NCBI RefSeq assembly: GCF_009834535.1
Contig: NC_045707.1
Location: forward strand, 55,368,001 to 55,432,000
Direction of reading: 5' to 3'
DNA: 64,000 nucleotides
DNA from: Camelus ferus
Lineage: Eukaryota
Below the pieces are notes generated by a model. The model worked only from the letters and a program-made list of their open reading frames with translations. It searched no databases and had not been told where the DNA came from. The position numbers were made by a program, and so were the translations under genes. This document shows, one piece after another, positions 39,463 to 53,161 of this stretch (positions are counted from its first letter, which is position 1; the number at the start of each line of letters is the position of its first letter).

Positions 39463-40121
39463 GTGAATTTCTTTATGTACCAGAAGAGTAGAGGTACCGT
39501 CTTAGTACCATCACTACGGTGGATGACATTGCTATGACTTTGTGTTAGTTGCATCCTGAATAGTTAGAGATTCCATGAATCATAGCATAGCTTCTTGGTT
39601 TATTTACTCACTCCTAATCATACCCTCATAATGGGCCCCAACTTTTCTGCTGATGGGTTGTGGCTAGCAATCCAAGCCAACTTATAAATGCTTCAGTGAT
39701 AATGCCCTTTGCCTTCACCCTTAATGGAATAATATTAAATTTATTTACACATTGATTTTAAGTATAATCTTTACATCTATGCCATTGAAAAAGAGGCATG
39801 TGCTTTTGCTAAAATATTATTTGAGTAACAGGTCCATTACTGATATTCTTCAATCAAATGAGCTCAGACATTCTTCTCCTGTTAAAAAAAAAAATTTTTT
39901 TTTCCAAACTCCACCCCAGTTTTCCTTTCTGTTTATGATATTGAGAGTGCCAAAATATTTTCAAGAATATCAAAATATCCCTACCTTGTTGGAACTTTCG
40001 TCAGTATTGCTCACCAAAGCCATTCTCACTGTGAACTAAGTCAAAGATTTCTTAATTCTAATTCAGTGCATCGTTCCCTTATTTCAAAAGTGATGATTAT
40101 GTGCGTGCATGGGTGTGTTCC

Positions 40122-40155
40122 ACACTTGATCTTAGCCAAAAGGCCGAGAAGTGAT
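40122..40155 (-). pseudogene. RNU2: 3'-truncated U2 snRNA retropseudogene (about nt 1-34)
   Basis: reverse complement ATCACTTCTCGGCCTTTTGGCTAAGATCAAGTGT matches the U2 5' end ATCGCTTCTCGGCCTTTTGGCTAAGATCAAGTGT with one CpG-type change. Confidence 0.92.
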
Positions 40156-40582
40156 GTGTGTCTATTCCAAAATATACCTGACCACATAATATAATTAGAA
40201 CTTTTAAACCTAGATAACCCCTAAATAGGTTGTTTTCTCTATATTTAACAATATATCTCTGCTTAAAAAATACTTAACTATTACTCTTCATCTGTTTTGT
40301 TAATCAAAAAGACTAAGAATTAATAGTCATTAATTGATATAAGCCACGAATGTATCTTTTCCTTATAACCTGAGAAAACTTAACTTACAATTTTTCCTAT
40401 TTAACTAGACTAACCAAGTTCATTTTTCTAACCACAAAGTAGACATGGTGAAGCTAAATGAGTGTGGGTAGGTATGGGAGGGAGGGAAAGAAGGAGGGAG
40501 GGAGGGAGAAAAGGAGGCAGGGGAAAAAAAAGGAGAACTACTGAGAACTATCTGAAAGGTCATACTGAGGTGATTACAGTAA

Positions 40583-41060
40583 GGGAAATGTTCCAAACTG
40601 CTGGCTCCCCAGATGAATCTTGTGTGCAGATGTGTTTTGTTTGGCATACACATTGTTTAAAACAAACTTAATTGTCACAATTAAAAATTGGGGAATTTCT
40701 CCAAAATGAAAAAAAAAAATCTATCTTCTCTTGAAAAGTCAGAAAGTACATCCACACTGGCATTACATGCTTGAATGACGAAGGTCTGCTGTAGCCTCAT
40801 AGTGGTTGCCCCTTCTGATGGCAGATGGACTCTCCAGATCCCTCAATGTCAACTGTTCTATTGCTTATAGTATTTGGCCAAGACAAAAGAATACTTAGAA
40901 ATTCCTTTTTTTAACAGTACTAATTTTACTTTTTTGCAGAAACAAAGTAGAGAGTTTTAAGGGCTTTGGGAAACAAGGAAGTGAGGGGGTAACAACTGTT
41001 TACCTGGCTTGCTTAACCTGTTTGCTTCCTGGCTCCTCTAGGCCTTTCATTTCAACCCTG
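40583..41060. mobile_element. MER102-like hAT-Charlie element
   Basis: ttccaaactgctggc...gcagatgtgttttgtttggc...ttaaaaattgggg...cttctcttgaaaagtcagaa...tagtggttgcccctt...actctccag. Confidence 0.65.
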
Positions 41061-41094
41061 CTTTAAGATTTTTAGAAGAACTGAGATAGTCAAT

Positions 41095-41630
41095 ACTTTT
41101 GTATCACGGGTAGCAGAAACCAACTCAAGTTTCCTTAAGCAGATGAAAAGTGGGAAGTTATTGCTCACGTTGTTTGTTCTAGCAGTACAAAATGATGTCA
41201 TCAGAAGTCTAGTTCCTTTGTTCATTTTCTGACACCATTGTACTCCCTGTTGGCTACATTCTCAGTCTGGTTCTAGCTGTGAGATGACAGAGGCTCCTGG
41301 TCCCCCCTATCCTTACATCATCTTTAATGTCCGTAATTCTAGATGGAGGGAGAGTGTCATTTCCACGAATTCCAGTGTGACACTTTGGAGGGCTTTCAGT
41401 GGCCTGTGTCAGGCCACATGCCCAACCCAACCAATCAGTATTGCCATAGGGACCGGGGTATTTTCATTCAGCAGACCCAATGTCTAGGTTATGTATTCAT
41501 CTCGGAGACAGGATCAAGAAGAGTTAATCTGAAACTCAAGGAATAGTACTCCCATAGTAAAGAATAATTCTGGTTATAGAAGAAGGGGAGAGAGACTTGG
41601 ATCAGACAAAATGACAATGGTCCAAGACAA
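41095..41630 (-). mobile_element. old MLT1 (J/K-like) LTR
   Basis: tagcagaaaccaactcaagtttccttaagc...ttattgctcacgt...gtcaggccacatgcccaaccc..ccaatcag. Confidence 0.55.
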
Positions 41631-41979
41631 TTACAAATTAAACTACAACACTAGGGAACTGTGTGGTTATTCCGAAATGAATATTTGAGTTACTAAATTT
41701 AAAGTGTTACTCACTGTATTTTCCAAGAAATTTATGAGATATGCATAAACATAATCTTTCTACAGACGGGCCACTGAGGAACAGGAAAATAAGAGATGTT
41801 ACTAAGGAAGTTAAATAAGTCATATTGTAAAATAAAAATAATATAGTAGGAGCCAGATATTATAGCTGTTATTACTAGCTGTGTTACCTTAACTATGCCA
41901 TTTATTCTTTTAAGATCTTAGGTTTCACATTTTAAAAAATTGAGATAAGGATGTACGAGTGTACACACATACTTTAAAG

Positions 41980-42600
41980 AAAAATAATAAAGCAAGCACC
42001 CCTGTTACACCACTCAGTTTAACAATGAAAATTCCCTTCACTTAGAACCCCCTGAATTGCCTTGTATTCCATCTGCATCCCTTTTGTTTCAGAAAAATGA
42101 CCACTCTGTATTTTGTGTTACTCATTTTCTTATTTTTTCTTTTTTCATAAACACACACAAATACAAATACTCTACACATTCCCAACTTTTCTATTGCCAA
42201 AATGCTTTTCTTAAAGTCCCTTAGGAATAGGTAAGTGGACATGGGATTACTCTTGATTCACATATACATGGACAGTAGCCTTTGAGGTCCTGGCTTTCTT
42301 GACAGGGGGATGTAGGTATCTCCTGTTAGGCTCCCCATCATGGGAAAACCTAGGACTTTAGGTTCTGTTTGTGTCTTATGAGATCACAGCACACTATTAT
42401 CATGACTGGAAAATATCTTTAGGGAAGAATTGGGCTTCCGTGCTCCACTTGCTTCTCTGAGTAATTTTATACCAAGATTTTGGTTCTTTAGTTTCTGTTA
42501 TCTTAATTCTTTGAAGCTTTTAAAATAATTTATTAAAATATTCTCATTAGCATGTTAGTTGATTTCAGAGGGAGGAGCAATCTGAATAGGAACTTTGATT
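41980..42600 (-). mobile_element. ancient L1 fragments
   Basis: aataataaagcaagcacccctgt.acaccactcagtttaa...accactctgtattttgtgttactcatt. Confidence 0.45.
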
Positions 42601-43068
42601 ACCAAAAACAGGGTGACAACTTTTCGCATTTTCAGTGTCTCAGTGTAGAGTGGCTTGGTAGGGCTCCAACTCTGTAACCGTGTGACTTGGTGATTGGGGG
42701 AATCCAAACCCTGGCTGCCTCTTCCCTCCTCTTAGCTCCAGGAGAGAGTACATAGAATTTCTGAGGAAGTCTCTTCTCTTGTTCTAGTGGTAGCAAACAA
42801 AAAATATGTTGACACCTTTGCTTGGTAACTTGGAAATTTCCCATAATCACTTGTGATACAAATTCCTATACTTCAGAGACCATCTTCTCTACAAGCAGAA
42901 TTATATGACAGAATATGGGTGGTGTTTGGCTGATGAATAGTAACCACAAAAACCTGTTACCAAAATGTGAAAGGTCTTACAGTACTAACTAAATTCAAAA
43001 TCATGTTATTATATTTTTGCTGGTTTTATACTTTTAAGCTATGCATTATAGTTTACAATACATGTATA

Positions 43069-43249
43069 TTTTTTTGAGTAAAGGTGGATTTATTTAGAGA
43101 GATACATACTTCATTAGAATGCAGGCTGTTTCAGAAGGCAAGAGAAAGACCACGAGGTGTTGGGGTTGGGTGCTTAGGTTAAAGTAAAATGAGTTACACA
43201 CACTCCACAGACAGAATGTGGGCCATCCTACTCGGAAGGGAGAGCAGCC
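43069..43249 (-). mobile_element. short polyadenylated retroposon resembling an ERV LTR R region, internally dimeric
   Basis: poly(T) 43069-43075; tttatt 43089-43094; two related ~55-nt units; degenerate flanking repeat tagttta(a)ca.ta(ca)tgta. Confidence 0.55.
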
Positions 43250-43534
43250 TAGTTTAACAGTATGTAAATCTCATTCAGTTCTTCCTTAGAAGGAATTTTA
43301 CATGTTAGCTATTGGATAAAATATTTGCTGATTATTCCTTGTAGAAGTTTGCGTGGTGCTTGTGTTCTTGTATATTGGGTTGGGGGCAATAAACATGAAC
43401 CAACTTCAAATTAATATCATTAGATATATTTTACAAAAGTCTCTGATATTGAATATATGAGATAGTTTTATACACTAGTATGCAACTTTATGATGTTTTG
43501 CATTAACATCCTACACTATAATAATATTGGACTT

Positions 43535-43970
43535 TGACAGCTTTTGCCACAAAAAGGCTCTGTAACAAATAACCTTTGACTTTCAGTGGCTTATGTAACT
43601 GCAGATTTATTTCTTACTCACATTTTATGTCCGTGCCTGTGGGTTAGGTACTGACTCTTGTCCAAGTTCAATGTCAGACGTAGGTCTGCTCCAGTATGTC
43701 CTCTAATTCCAAGACCAGCGTGATGCAGCACCCCATAGGAGATGTGATGTTTTCGTGGGAAAGTAGAGGAGTACAACAGGGGCATAGAAACTCGCCGTAT
43801 CACTCACCGCTTTTACTCAAAAGTGGCACCTTGCCACTTCTGTCCACATTGCACCAACCAAAGCAAACCTTATGACAAAGTGGCCCTTGATTGGGTTGAG
43901 AAGGATGTTCTCCACATGAAGTGTGGCAAGTGGAGAGTGGAGATTTGCAAATAAGAAAATCTACCTCAAG
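43535..43970 (-). mobile_element. old MLT1 LTR
   Basis: agcttttgccac...tgtaacaaataacc...tcagtggctta...atttatttcttactcaca...tgccacttctgtccacattgcaccaaccaaagcaa. Confidence 0.65.
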
Positions 43971-43989
43971 GACAGTTTGGTTATTGTTT

Positions 43990-46950
43990 TTGTTAATTGT
44001 GAAATAGTTCTAACAGAAATAAAACTATAGAAAATAACAGAAACCAATATACCATCCAACAAGTTTTATCAAAATTAAATATTTTTCCATATCTGCTACA
44101 GACATTATTTTTCAATAAACAAACTTTCCAGGGATGGTTGAAACCCCTTGTTTAACTCTTTACCATTCATTCCATTGTCCTCTCTTCTTTCCCAGTTAAC
44201 CACTATCTTGAAATTCATGCTTCATTTTTTCATGCGTGTGTACACATTGACTAGATATAAGTATATACTTAAGGAAGTACAAATGTGAAATTTTTCATTG
44301 TAGAAATACTATATTTATAGCATTCTGCAGATTGATTTTTTTATCCTAAAATATTTTCCACAATAATATGCATAGTTTTAGCTTCATTTTAGGTGCTGTA
44401 TATTATTCCGTGAATAAGTGACAGTTGTTCAATACATTTAAACAGTGTTGAACATTTAAGATTTTCTATTTTTAAAATTGATTTTGCTTGATTTGCTTTA
44501 TCTTTGCTATTATAAATGTTTTGATAAACATTTTTGTCCATGTCTTCTGGAACAACTATGCATTATTAAAATATTATACTTCAAGTGGATTTGTTAAGTC
44601 AAAGGACATGTACATCTTTATCTTTACTCGTTACCACTAAATTATTATTTAAAATGATGTTATCAGTTTGTCTCTACCAGCAGTTTATTACAGTTCATAT
44701 TTGTCCACATTCTAAACAATGTGTTTTTTTTTTAATAAACAGGCTTTTAATTTAAAACATTGGTCATTTAACACTATTATATTCTTCTAGTTTGCATTTC
44801 AAGTGAAGTTGAGCATCTGCCAGTATATCTATTGGAATTTTAGATTTCCTCTTCTATGAATTGCTCATTAAATTATTTGGATATTTTGTTAAATAGTTTG
44901 CAAATCTCTTATTTGAGTGAATTCCTGATGAATTTTAAATACTAATCTTGAAAACGTGTGACAATCCGTAGATAGTCTTTTTAGAGACTTAGGTTTCTTT
45001 TTTGTCACTAATTGTATTTATTTAACTTATTCTCATTTATCAGTCCTTTGTATTACAGTCTGTGCTTTTTAAGTTTTGTTAAATAAAACTCTTCTATTCT
45101 AAAGTAACAGATTATTTTGTATTAAAGTTTTATTTTTCACCCATAGACCTTTCATCCATTTGCAATTTATGTTTGTACAGTATGAGATAAGAATTTACTG
45201 CCATTTTTCCTACATGTATCCATAATTATTCTACCATTATTCATATAACCCATTATTTTCTCATTGTTTTGGAAATCCATCTCCCCCTTTACCTCTCACG
45301 TTCCCTCCTTCTCTCTCCTCCTCTGTCATGAGTCTGTTTCTGTATCCTCAATCTGATCCATGGTTCTATAGGTCACTATTTAAAAAATACACACTTTCCT
45401 AATGACCATAACATTACAGCAACGTTAAAACTTGAGAAGTGTTAAAGAAAAAGAAAACTGTTGAAGTTTCATGGGCATTATAGAGAGTTTAGAGAATAAT
45501 CTGGAGAGAAGTGACTTTCCAATCTATAATGTTACTATACATGAATGTAGTATAAATATCCTCAGTGTTTTTTCAAGTCTTTTTTTGGTGTCCAATGAAT
45601 GTTTAGATATGTTTGTGTGTTTGTGTGTGAACAGAGGATATGTACAGGTATTTATGTTCTCTGTTATAAATTGGATCTATTGTTTAGACTTTACTGTATT
45701 ATAAGACATTTTTTCCTTTCCCTGTATTTAAAAATCTTGTTGAACTGAAATTTTCATTTTATTTTCCTGCAGTCTCTTTTTTTACGTTTATTTATACTAT
45801 TCCAAATAAAGACAGACTTTTCTTGTTCAATTTTTATAATTTTTTCTTTTCTATCAACTTGATCAGAACTTCTATTACAGAGTTGAATAAAAGTGGTGCT
45901 TTATTCTGAGTTTAAATAGTTGGCTTCTAAAATTTTAACATTAAATAGGATGATTGTTGTATGTTTGGGAACAGTAAATTTATCTGATTATAGACACTAC
46001 ATTTATTCTTAGTTTGCAAAGACGTATTTTTTAAATTATGAATAAGGATTTGATTTTATCAAAGGAACTTTTTTGGCATTTTTAGATAGGGTTTTCCCCT
46101 TTATTTGTTAATATGCTAATTTTTATAAAATTTTCTGCTATTGTTTGCCTTTAACATTGTTGAATATGGTCTATTTTTTAAAGTTACTGCTAGATTAATT
46201 TAAACAAATTATTACACAGCAGTTTATTTAGATTTTTTTCCATATAGTTTCATTAGTGGGATTGCTCTGTGGGTACATTTTCTTTTTGATTTGTTCTTTT
46301 CTGCTTGTTAGCAAAATTTAACTTGTAAAATTAGTTGGAACATTTTACTTCTTTTTCTATTCTCTGGAGAAACAAAATGTATATAACTCTTGGGTAACTT
46401 TTAAATGGATTTTCTGCTCCTTGATGATACAGAAAAGTTCCTTGTAAAGTTGACTCTGTCTGTTTTAGGGAGTAGGGGCTATGGAACATAGTTGAAAATG
46501 GATTTGATTTTTTTAATTGCTTTATTTAGATTTTCTGTATCATTTTGAACCAACTTTGGTTATTTGTTTTTAGAAAAACATGTCTTTTATCTGATACCAT
46601 AAAATATATATGTTTCATTTATGATTGTTTAATATCTACTTAATCTGTAGTTTTAGACCTCTTTTCATTCCTATTGCTACTTTTTGGCCATTCCTCTTTT
46701 TCTTAATTTATAATTTTTTGGTGTTAAAATTTTGTCCACAATTGTTTCAAGTTTAATTTCTTTTGTTTCATTTCCAGTTTATTTTATTTCTTATTTAATC
46801 TTTGCCATTTTTTCTAATTAGAACATTTTCCTTCATTCTTTTCATAGATTTCGTGTAGAGCATATAATAGTTATGTGATTCTATGCCTATACATTTTGAT
46901 CTTTAAAAGACTTTTCCCTTAAACCTACAAGTTTTTATGTTAAGAATCTT
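43990..46950 (-). mobile_element. ancient L1 (L1ME-type), about 3 kb, highly decayed
   Basis: T-rich antisense L1 motifs (tagttttgcatttc..gtgaagttgagcatct; atttcctcttctatgaattgc; agaacttctattacagagttgaataaaagtggtg). Confidence 0.7.
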
Positions 46951-49900
46951 TAGTCTTATGTTTACCCTCCCAAACTCATGGATCCTTTAGGGCACAATAT
47001 ACTGTACAGTTTTTCATTTCTAATCAATGGTATCATGACCCAGGTATTTAAGGACTTTGTAGACTTAGTCATTGAGACAGTGGGCACCTTGGTTTAATTG
47101 TTGTCTCTTTGATGACAAAGCCCCAGTCTTGTCACTGAAGTGGTGTTTTGTTTTGTTTGTGTTCTGTTTATTCACTTTCTTTCATTGAGCAGGATTGGGC
47201 TCAAACCCAGTTCTAATGATTGAGTCTAGTTTTGAGGTCCTACTGATCAGGAGCCGTTTTAGTCCTCTTACCCCACAGGATGGTTCAGATTTCTAGTTGC
47301 CACTTTATGCTTCCAGAAGTTGACCCTAGCAGGGCTATGGCAACAGCTTTGCTCTTTACTTTGCATTTCTGATCTTTTTTTAAGTCCAGGGAGAAAAAAA
47401 AAATCTTATTTTCAGGCCAGGTATGTCCTAATGGCTTTCCATTTCTATATTTTATTCCTCATTGCTTGTGTCTGGAACAGATTATTTCTGATTAAGTATT
47501 AATTCACTTTTAACATTTTCAAACACTTATCATAACCCAAATATGGTTCTCTCCTCAAAGAACTTAGGCTGTTGTTGTAAAAGAGAATTGAAAATAATTG
47601 AGAAAGTATATTATTAAAAAAAAAAAAAAAGTAGAGGTGAAACTAATATCCTTAAAGAACAGAAGATGCACCTAGTCTTCCAAGCCTGGAGAAAAGGCAG
47701 TGAGGGCAGGTACAACTGTAGAGGACAGCAATTTAAATGAGTTTCAGTTGGGCAGCCATGATTGTTTCAGTGATGTGGAAGGTAACCAGTTGTAAGGGGT
47801 GAGGCAGCATAGGGAACGTGTGGGGATTAGAAAAGTTTCATCTAAAGACGTAAAATTTACCCCTTCCTACAAACAGCTTATATTTGAGTGGAAAGAAAAA
47901 AGGCATTCACTGCATAATAAAGAGTATGAAGAGAAGCAGCACAGAGAATAAATGTTTTATATGCAATTAAAAAAAAAGACATACAATTTATGTGTTAAAA
48001 CTATTTTTTAACGTTGAGTGCCAACAGACTAGTGATACTTGAAATCAAGTATTTGAGAGGTGTTTACATGTAACAAATATCAGGGAATTGGCGATCAGGA
48101 TGCCTCCAAACTCTAGAATTGTATGCAGTTCTGTAATATCATTCAGAAGCCCAGATTTAGGAACACAGAAAATAGAATCACATAAATTAGAAGGTGTAAC
48201 ATTTTGTGAAACACAAAGACAAGAAGATCAGGATACACAATGTTAACAAGAGGTGACTGTAGTGTTGCATTTTGTTGTATAGGGAAGAAAATGAAGCCAT
48301 GGGGAGGGTGAGGAAGAAAAAATTGTTATTCACTTCTATTTCTGTTTCCCATGCTCAATTTTGGGTACTTTGTGATCAGAGTTATATTTCTTTTTGCTCT
48401 GTATCCACAGTGCCTTCTCTGACATACAATAGGATTCAGTAAGGGGTTGAGATGAATATAATTTGTACAAAGATACTTTGACTTAAAAATTGGCAAATGA
48501 AAACTTACACAATTCACAGAAGGTGGCTCTTTGAACACTGAAAATGAATTAAACCCCAGTATCCAGATTATTTTTCATAACCAGGTATTTGCGAGGCAGT
48601 GGAAATTGCTTTCTGAAATAAGTCACGATGATTTCTATTTCTGGCAGAAGTCCACTGACAGCCTAGAATTTCTCACCTGGATCTCTCCAAAACCATGTAT
48701 TTTAAACTGTTTTTGGAGGTTTTTGAATAAAGGCATCAAAAGTAGAGAGGCTAACATGCAAAAGAATGGCAGGATACATTGTGTTAATCTTTTTCATGTG
48801 TGAAATGTAATAGAGGTAGGAAGAAAGAATAGTCACTGATAATACTGAAAGAAAACCAAGTGAGAAACCTTAGTGTGGGCACATTTAAAATGCCTAAATA
48901 TAAAAGCAAAGCAGTAACCCATCATGAAGTTAAGTTCATCTTTGTTCTGCTTCTGCTTTCAAATACAGCATGTGACGTGTTGTTCAGCAAAATATGAGAC
49001 TCAAAAGAAACAGTGCTTGAAGCAAAGCTTTAAAATTTGCCCATTGAAGAGATCTTTGTGTTTGCTAAGTTTTTTTTTTTTCCTGGACATATTTTAGTGA
49101 CATTATACAATGCATCTAAAGTTAATATTTCCCTAATATGTAAAAAATAAATGAATCTACCAAAAGGTAATTCCTTTATAGCATTAATAGAGAATTTTGT
49201 AACAAAAAAATGAATTATATGGCTGCATTTCATTTTATTGCAGTAATTATAATGTTAAATTAACACAAGTTTATTCTATCTGATTAACAGCTCAAATTTA
49301 TTGTCAGAATTCTAAAATTGTATAGTTGTAAAGATTAGGTAGACTTCTACATTAATGGTTAAAATATTCTGAAAAAATAGAACATATTTTTCTCTCCAAA
49401 ATATCTTATTTTTATTTCTCTAGTAGCAAAGTTTTTGTTTCAGAATGTGCTTTGTAAGAAATTTACAAGAAAGCAGTAACATAGGCATTATATATTATAG
49501 ATATGTATCCATATTTGTGTATTTTATTTAAAGACAGGTTTTATAGAATCATTAGATATTAAAAATAAGAATCCTTACAGATCATCTAAAACAATTCCTT
49601 TACAAGCTAATGAAAGTCTCTAAGTGAGAAAACATTGCAAGTACATCAATGTATTTAAAAATTACTTGAATTTCCTGCCTATGCATCCAAATAGCAGTCA
49701 GTGTAAATTGTCTTCTGAAACAAAAATAGTTCTGAAAGAACAAAACACTCGTAAATTCAGACTTAGGAGTTCATTACTTTTTTTGTACTTACTATCAACG
49801 TAACAGAAGAAATAATAGTGTTTTGAATGTGACCAATTTGGTGTTCTGCCTTAGTAATGTTTCCAATGAGTTAAGGCTCCTTCAAAATGTTAATTTGAAT

Positions 49901-52015
49901 TTCAAATAATTCTATCAGGCATTACTGGACTGGCACTCATCATTTTGTAAAAATTCTTTCTAATTTAATTGGGGAAGGTGGTATTGACCGTAACTGGTCT
50001 TTGTTTTCAGCATTGTTCTCTGCCTTAGCTGACATGTGATTTCCAGGAAGTCACTTAATTTATTTAAGTCTCAATCTTAGTTCTGTAAAGGAATGCATCT
50101 CGTGACTTTGGGGAGATTATCAGTCATGTCAATAACGACTTCCTCCTCTGACTTCCTTTGTATTCCCAGTTCATTCATACTGGTGAGGTTTTATTATTTT
50201 AATTTTATAGAGAGGAGGTGTTGTCAGGACAGGGATTGATAAGGGGAGAAGAGGAGGACACAGTGTGTGTAAGAGTGTCTGCTCACTACCAGGTTCCTTG
50301 TGCTGATTTCTGAACAAGGAGCAGTAGGTGTTAGGTATGTTCAGGGGCAGAGTTATTAGAGCATTTACAATTTTTTTAGATCTGGACACAGGAAAACTTG
50401 AGGCTTATGACAATGGACACAGAAGAGACCCTCCCCCTTCTACTTTGACATGCAAACCAGCACTGTTTTGGTACCTGGAAGAATAGAAAGTTGGGGACCA
50501 CCGACAACCACAGCCTAGATGTCAGAATTCTCCTGATGGGCCCAGATGGTAAGGAAACTTCTTTAGTAGGCATGTCAGGCAGTGGATAGGAATCAGTGAG
50601 ACCAGAGAAGGGTGAAGCACATCAGGGCAAAATCTTGAGTTGTGACATTAAGCATGAAGGAGGTTTGTGGGTCTGTGTGTGGCATCGCTGGGGGATGTCC
50701 AAAAGTAATTCAGAATCCTCAAATCCAGAGAAATCGCTCTCAGCTCAGGCCCTGATTGCATGTACGGTCAGAAGTCTGCCTTTCAGCACATCATACATGC
50801 TAATATTCTCCATTCAACAAGAATGTTAGCATCTGGAAAGCAGATTAGTTTCTTAAACGTTTATGTCCCTTAATATCTAGGAAAAGGGGAGACAAAAGTT
50901 ATATAACTGATACATAAGTATGGATATATTTTAAGGTGGCAACAGTGAGATAATTTGTTTTTACAGAAGTGATAAAGTGGCGAGCACCATACTGTACGCG
51001 TTAGGTTATGATTATTTTATTAACCTGAGGAGAAAGTTCAAGGAAGGGAATATAGGAAGGTGTTTGTGAAGAGAACAATAACATTTGTGCCTCAATCTAA
51101 AATCTAAAAATAATTACATGCCTGGCTCAGTCTGGCTGAGAATGTACACTCCTCCTGAGTTTGTCTTGGCAATATAGTGAGAAAAAGACCCTTCAAGACA
51201 GATGTTTGCGATGGAATTGGAAGTATTTCTGGATTAAGAGAAAGATGTTTTAGTCACAACTTCAGCACTGCATTCACTGTCCTCAGATCCTTGACAATTT
51301 GCTTTCTCTCATCATGTAAGATTTTGTTTGCATTGATAATTCATTCTTAATTTGAATGATTAGCTATGGTATGGGTCGTGGGCAGTGGTCAGTAGACCAA
51401 CAAGGCTTCAGGGCTCTTATTTTGACTGTGGCCTGAACTTTCTGCTTGATATTAGACTAACTCAGAAAACGCTGTTTCTCCAAGTGCAAAGTGACCAAAC
51501 TATGTCAAGAAAAGGTGACAAAAAATAGTAACATGTTGACAAAAAACAGGAGACAGACAATAACAGTGTGTTTCAAAAATGTTCATGCTCTTATGGACTA
51601 CAAAAATATGTTGACTCCTTCCTTTTGAAGTTTTTTTTCTGAATTAAAAATTAGAAAAAGCAAAAACGAGTTGGTGTGAAACAATGCCTCCAAGCCACTG
51701 CTGGTCGGGTATTTGAAATTACACTTGTGTGTGCACGTATACCTTCCTCATTCCCAGTTTTTGAAAATATGAAGAGAGAGCATACTTGCATATATGGGTC
51801 AGTTGAGATGTACTTCTTTTTGACTTCTCATCCCAGCACCTTTTTGAAAGTGAAGAGGAATAATGTCAATCAAGTTCACAGTTGCTTCCCCAGTGCCTAG
51901 AGTTGTGCTTGGCATCGCATAGTGGTTTAGAATGACTGAGTGAATGTTTGAAGGCAGAACAATGAGCAGACTCCTGTACGGTGTGTATTCATTATATCTA
52001 GCAACTTTCTACAGT

Positions 52016-52126
52016 TTCCTTCCAATTTTTAAACTCAGTGCATTTCAAGGGAAACTTAATTCATGTATTTCCAGTGTATTTATGCTTAGTTTATTTAAAT
52101 GGTATTTTGTGAGAGCTCTGTGAGGT
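52016..52126 (+). repeat. inverted repeat, left arm (111 bp)
   Basis: manual alignment to the reverse complement of 53162-53272: no gaps, 100/111 identical. Confidence 0.95.
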
Positions 52127-53161
52127 GTCCCTGACTCAATATTATTAGAAAACATAATTATTGTAAGTTGGCTTTCATGATAGATTTTGAGTCTATTTTA
52201 ATGCTGAGGTAAACAACAGAACTATTCTATTTGAAAGCTGGGAGAAAGCTGAGGTCCTCTAGTCTAGCCGCATAATTTTGCAGCTGAAGCTGGAGGCCAG
52301 TGTCATTATGTAATATGTCTGCAATCATCAAGCTAATGGCAGTGCAGAGACTGGGAACCCTTGTCCTCTTCCCCACTCCAGTGTTCCTTTCACTAACCAA
52401 CACTATAGGCAAAGCTAGAAAGCTCTCATTTTTGCTCTGATTCTAACCTATTTTCTGTTATCCTATTCACTTTTCTGCGTAAGCCAGAATCACTTAAATT
52501 TTTTTTTAAATGGTCTTCAACTAATGGACATCTCACTGAAGGCCATTTGGCTGAAGTGGTTCTTGTAGGCAATCTTAAGTCAAGTGCGCTGTCATCTTTA
52601 TTACTGAACACTTGCAGACCCACTCAGACGGACACAACTTGATGCTTTACTTTGACTTTTTCCTCACTCTAACTTAATGAAGTTAGTTGTTTATAATCAC
52701 CTTTTTTTTCCTTTCTTTTTTTGCTAGAAGAAATTGAGAGTGGCTGGGGGAAATTAAAATGGCTTGTCTGAAGTCACCATTAGGAACTGGGAGGACTAGG
52801 GTATAGTTAATAGAGCCAGCTACTTTCAGAAGTGTTCGAGAAGTTTCCTTTGTGTAGCTAGCTTGGTCCTGAAGCCACAGGCCAAATATTTCACACCCTG
52901 GGTTGAGCGCAACCAGTTCCTTTAACTCTGTTCCAGGCCAGCCCTGCACAGGATGCGTGGGTGGCAGCTAATGCCATATTTATTGAGACCTATTTGGGAA
53001 TAATACATAACTTTTACACAGTTTGAATACAATGAGTGTTACAGAGTATCACATTCTAAGGTAAATTCATGACTTTTCATTATTTTAAACAAAATTTGTT
53101 CCACCTGGTTCAGTGTAAAGGAAATTTGAAATACTTTATAAACTGGTTATTGACTTCTTGG

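Noticed and set aside
40465..40540. Purine/G-rich tract (possible G4 or triplex)
   Set aside because: Ordinary low-complexity sequence with no supporting context.
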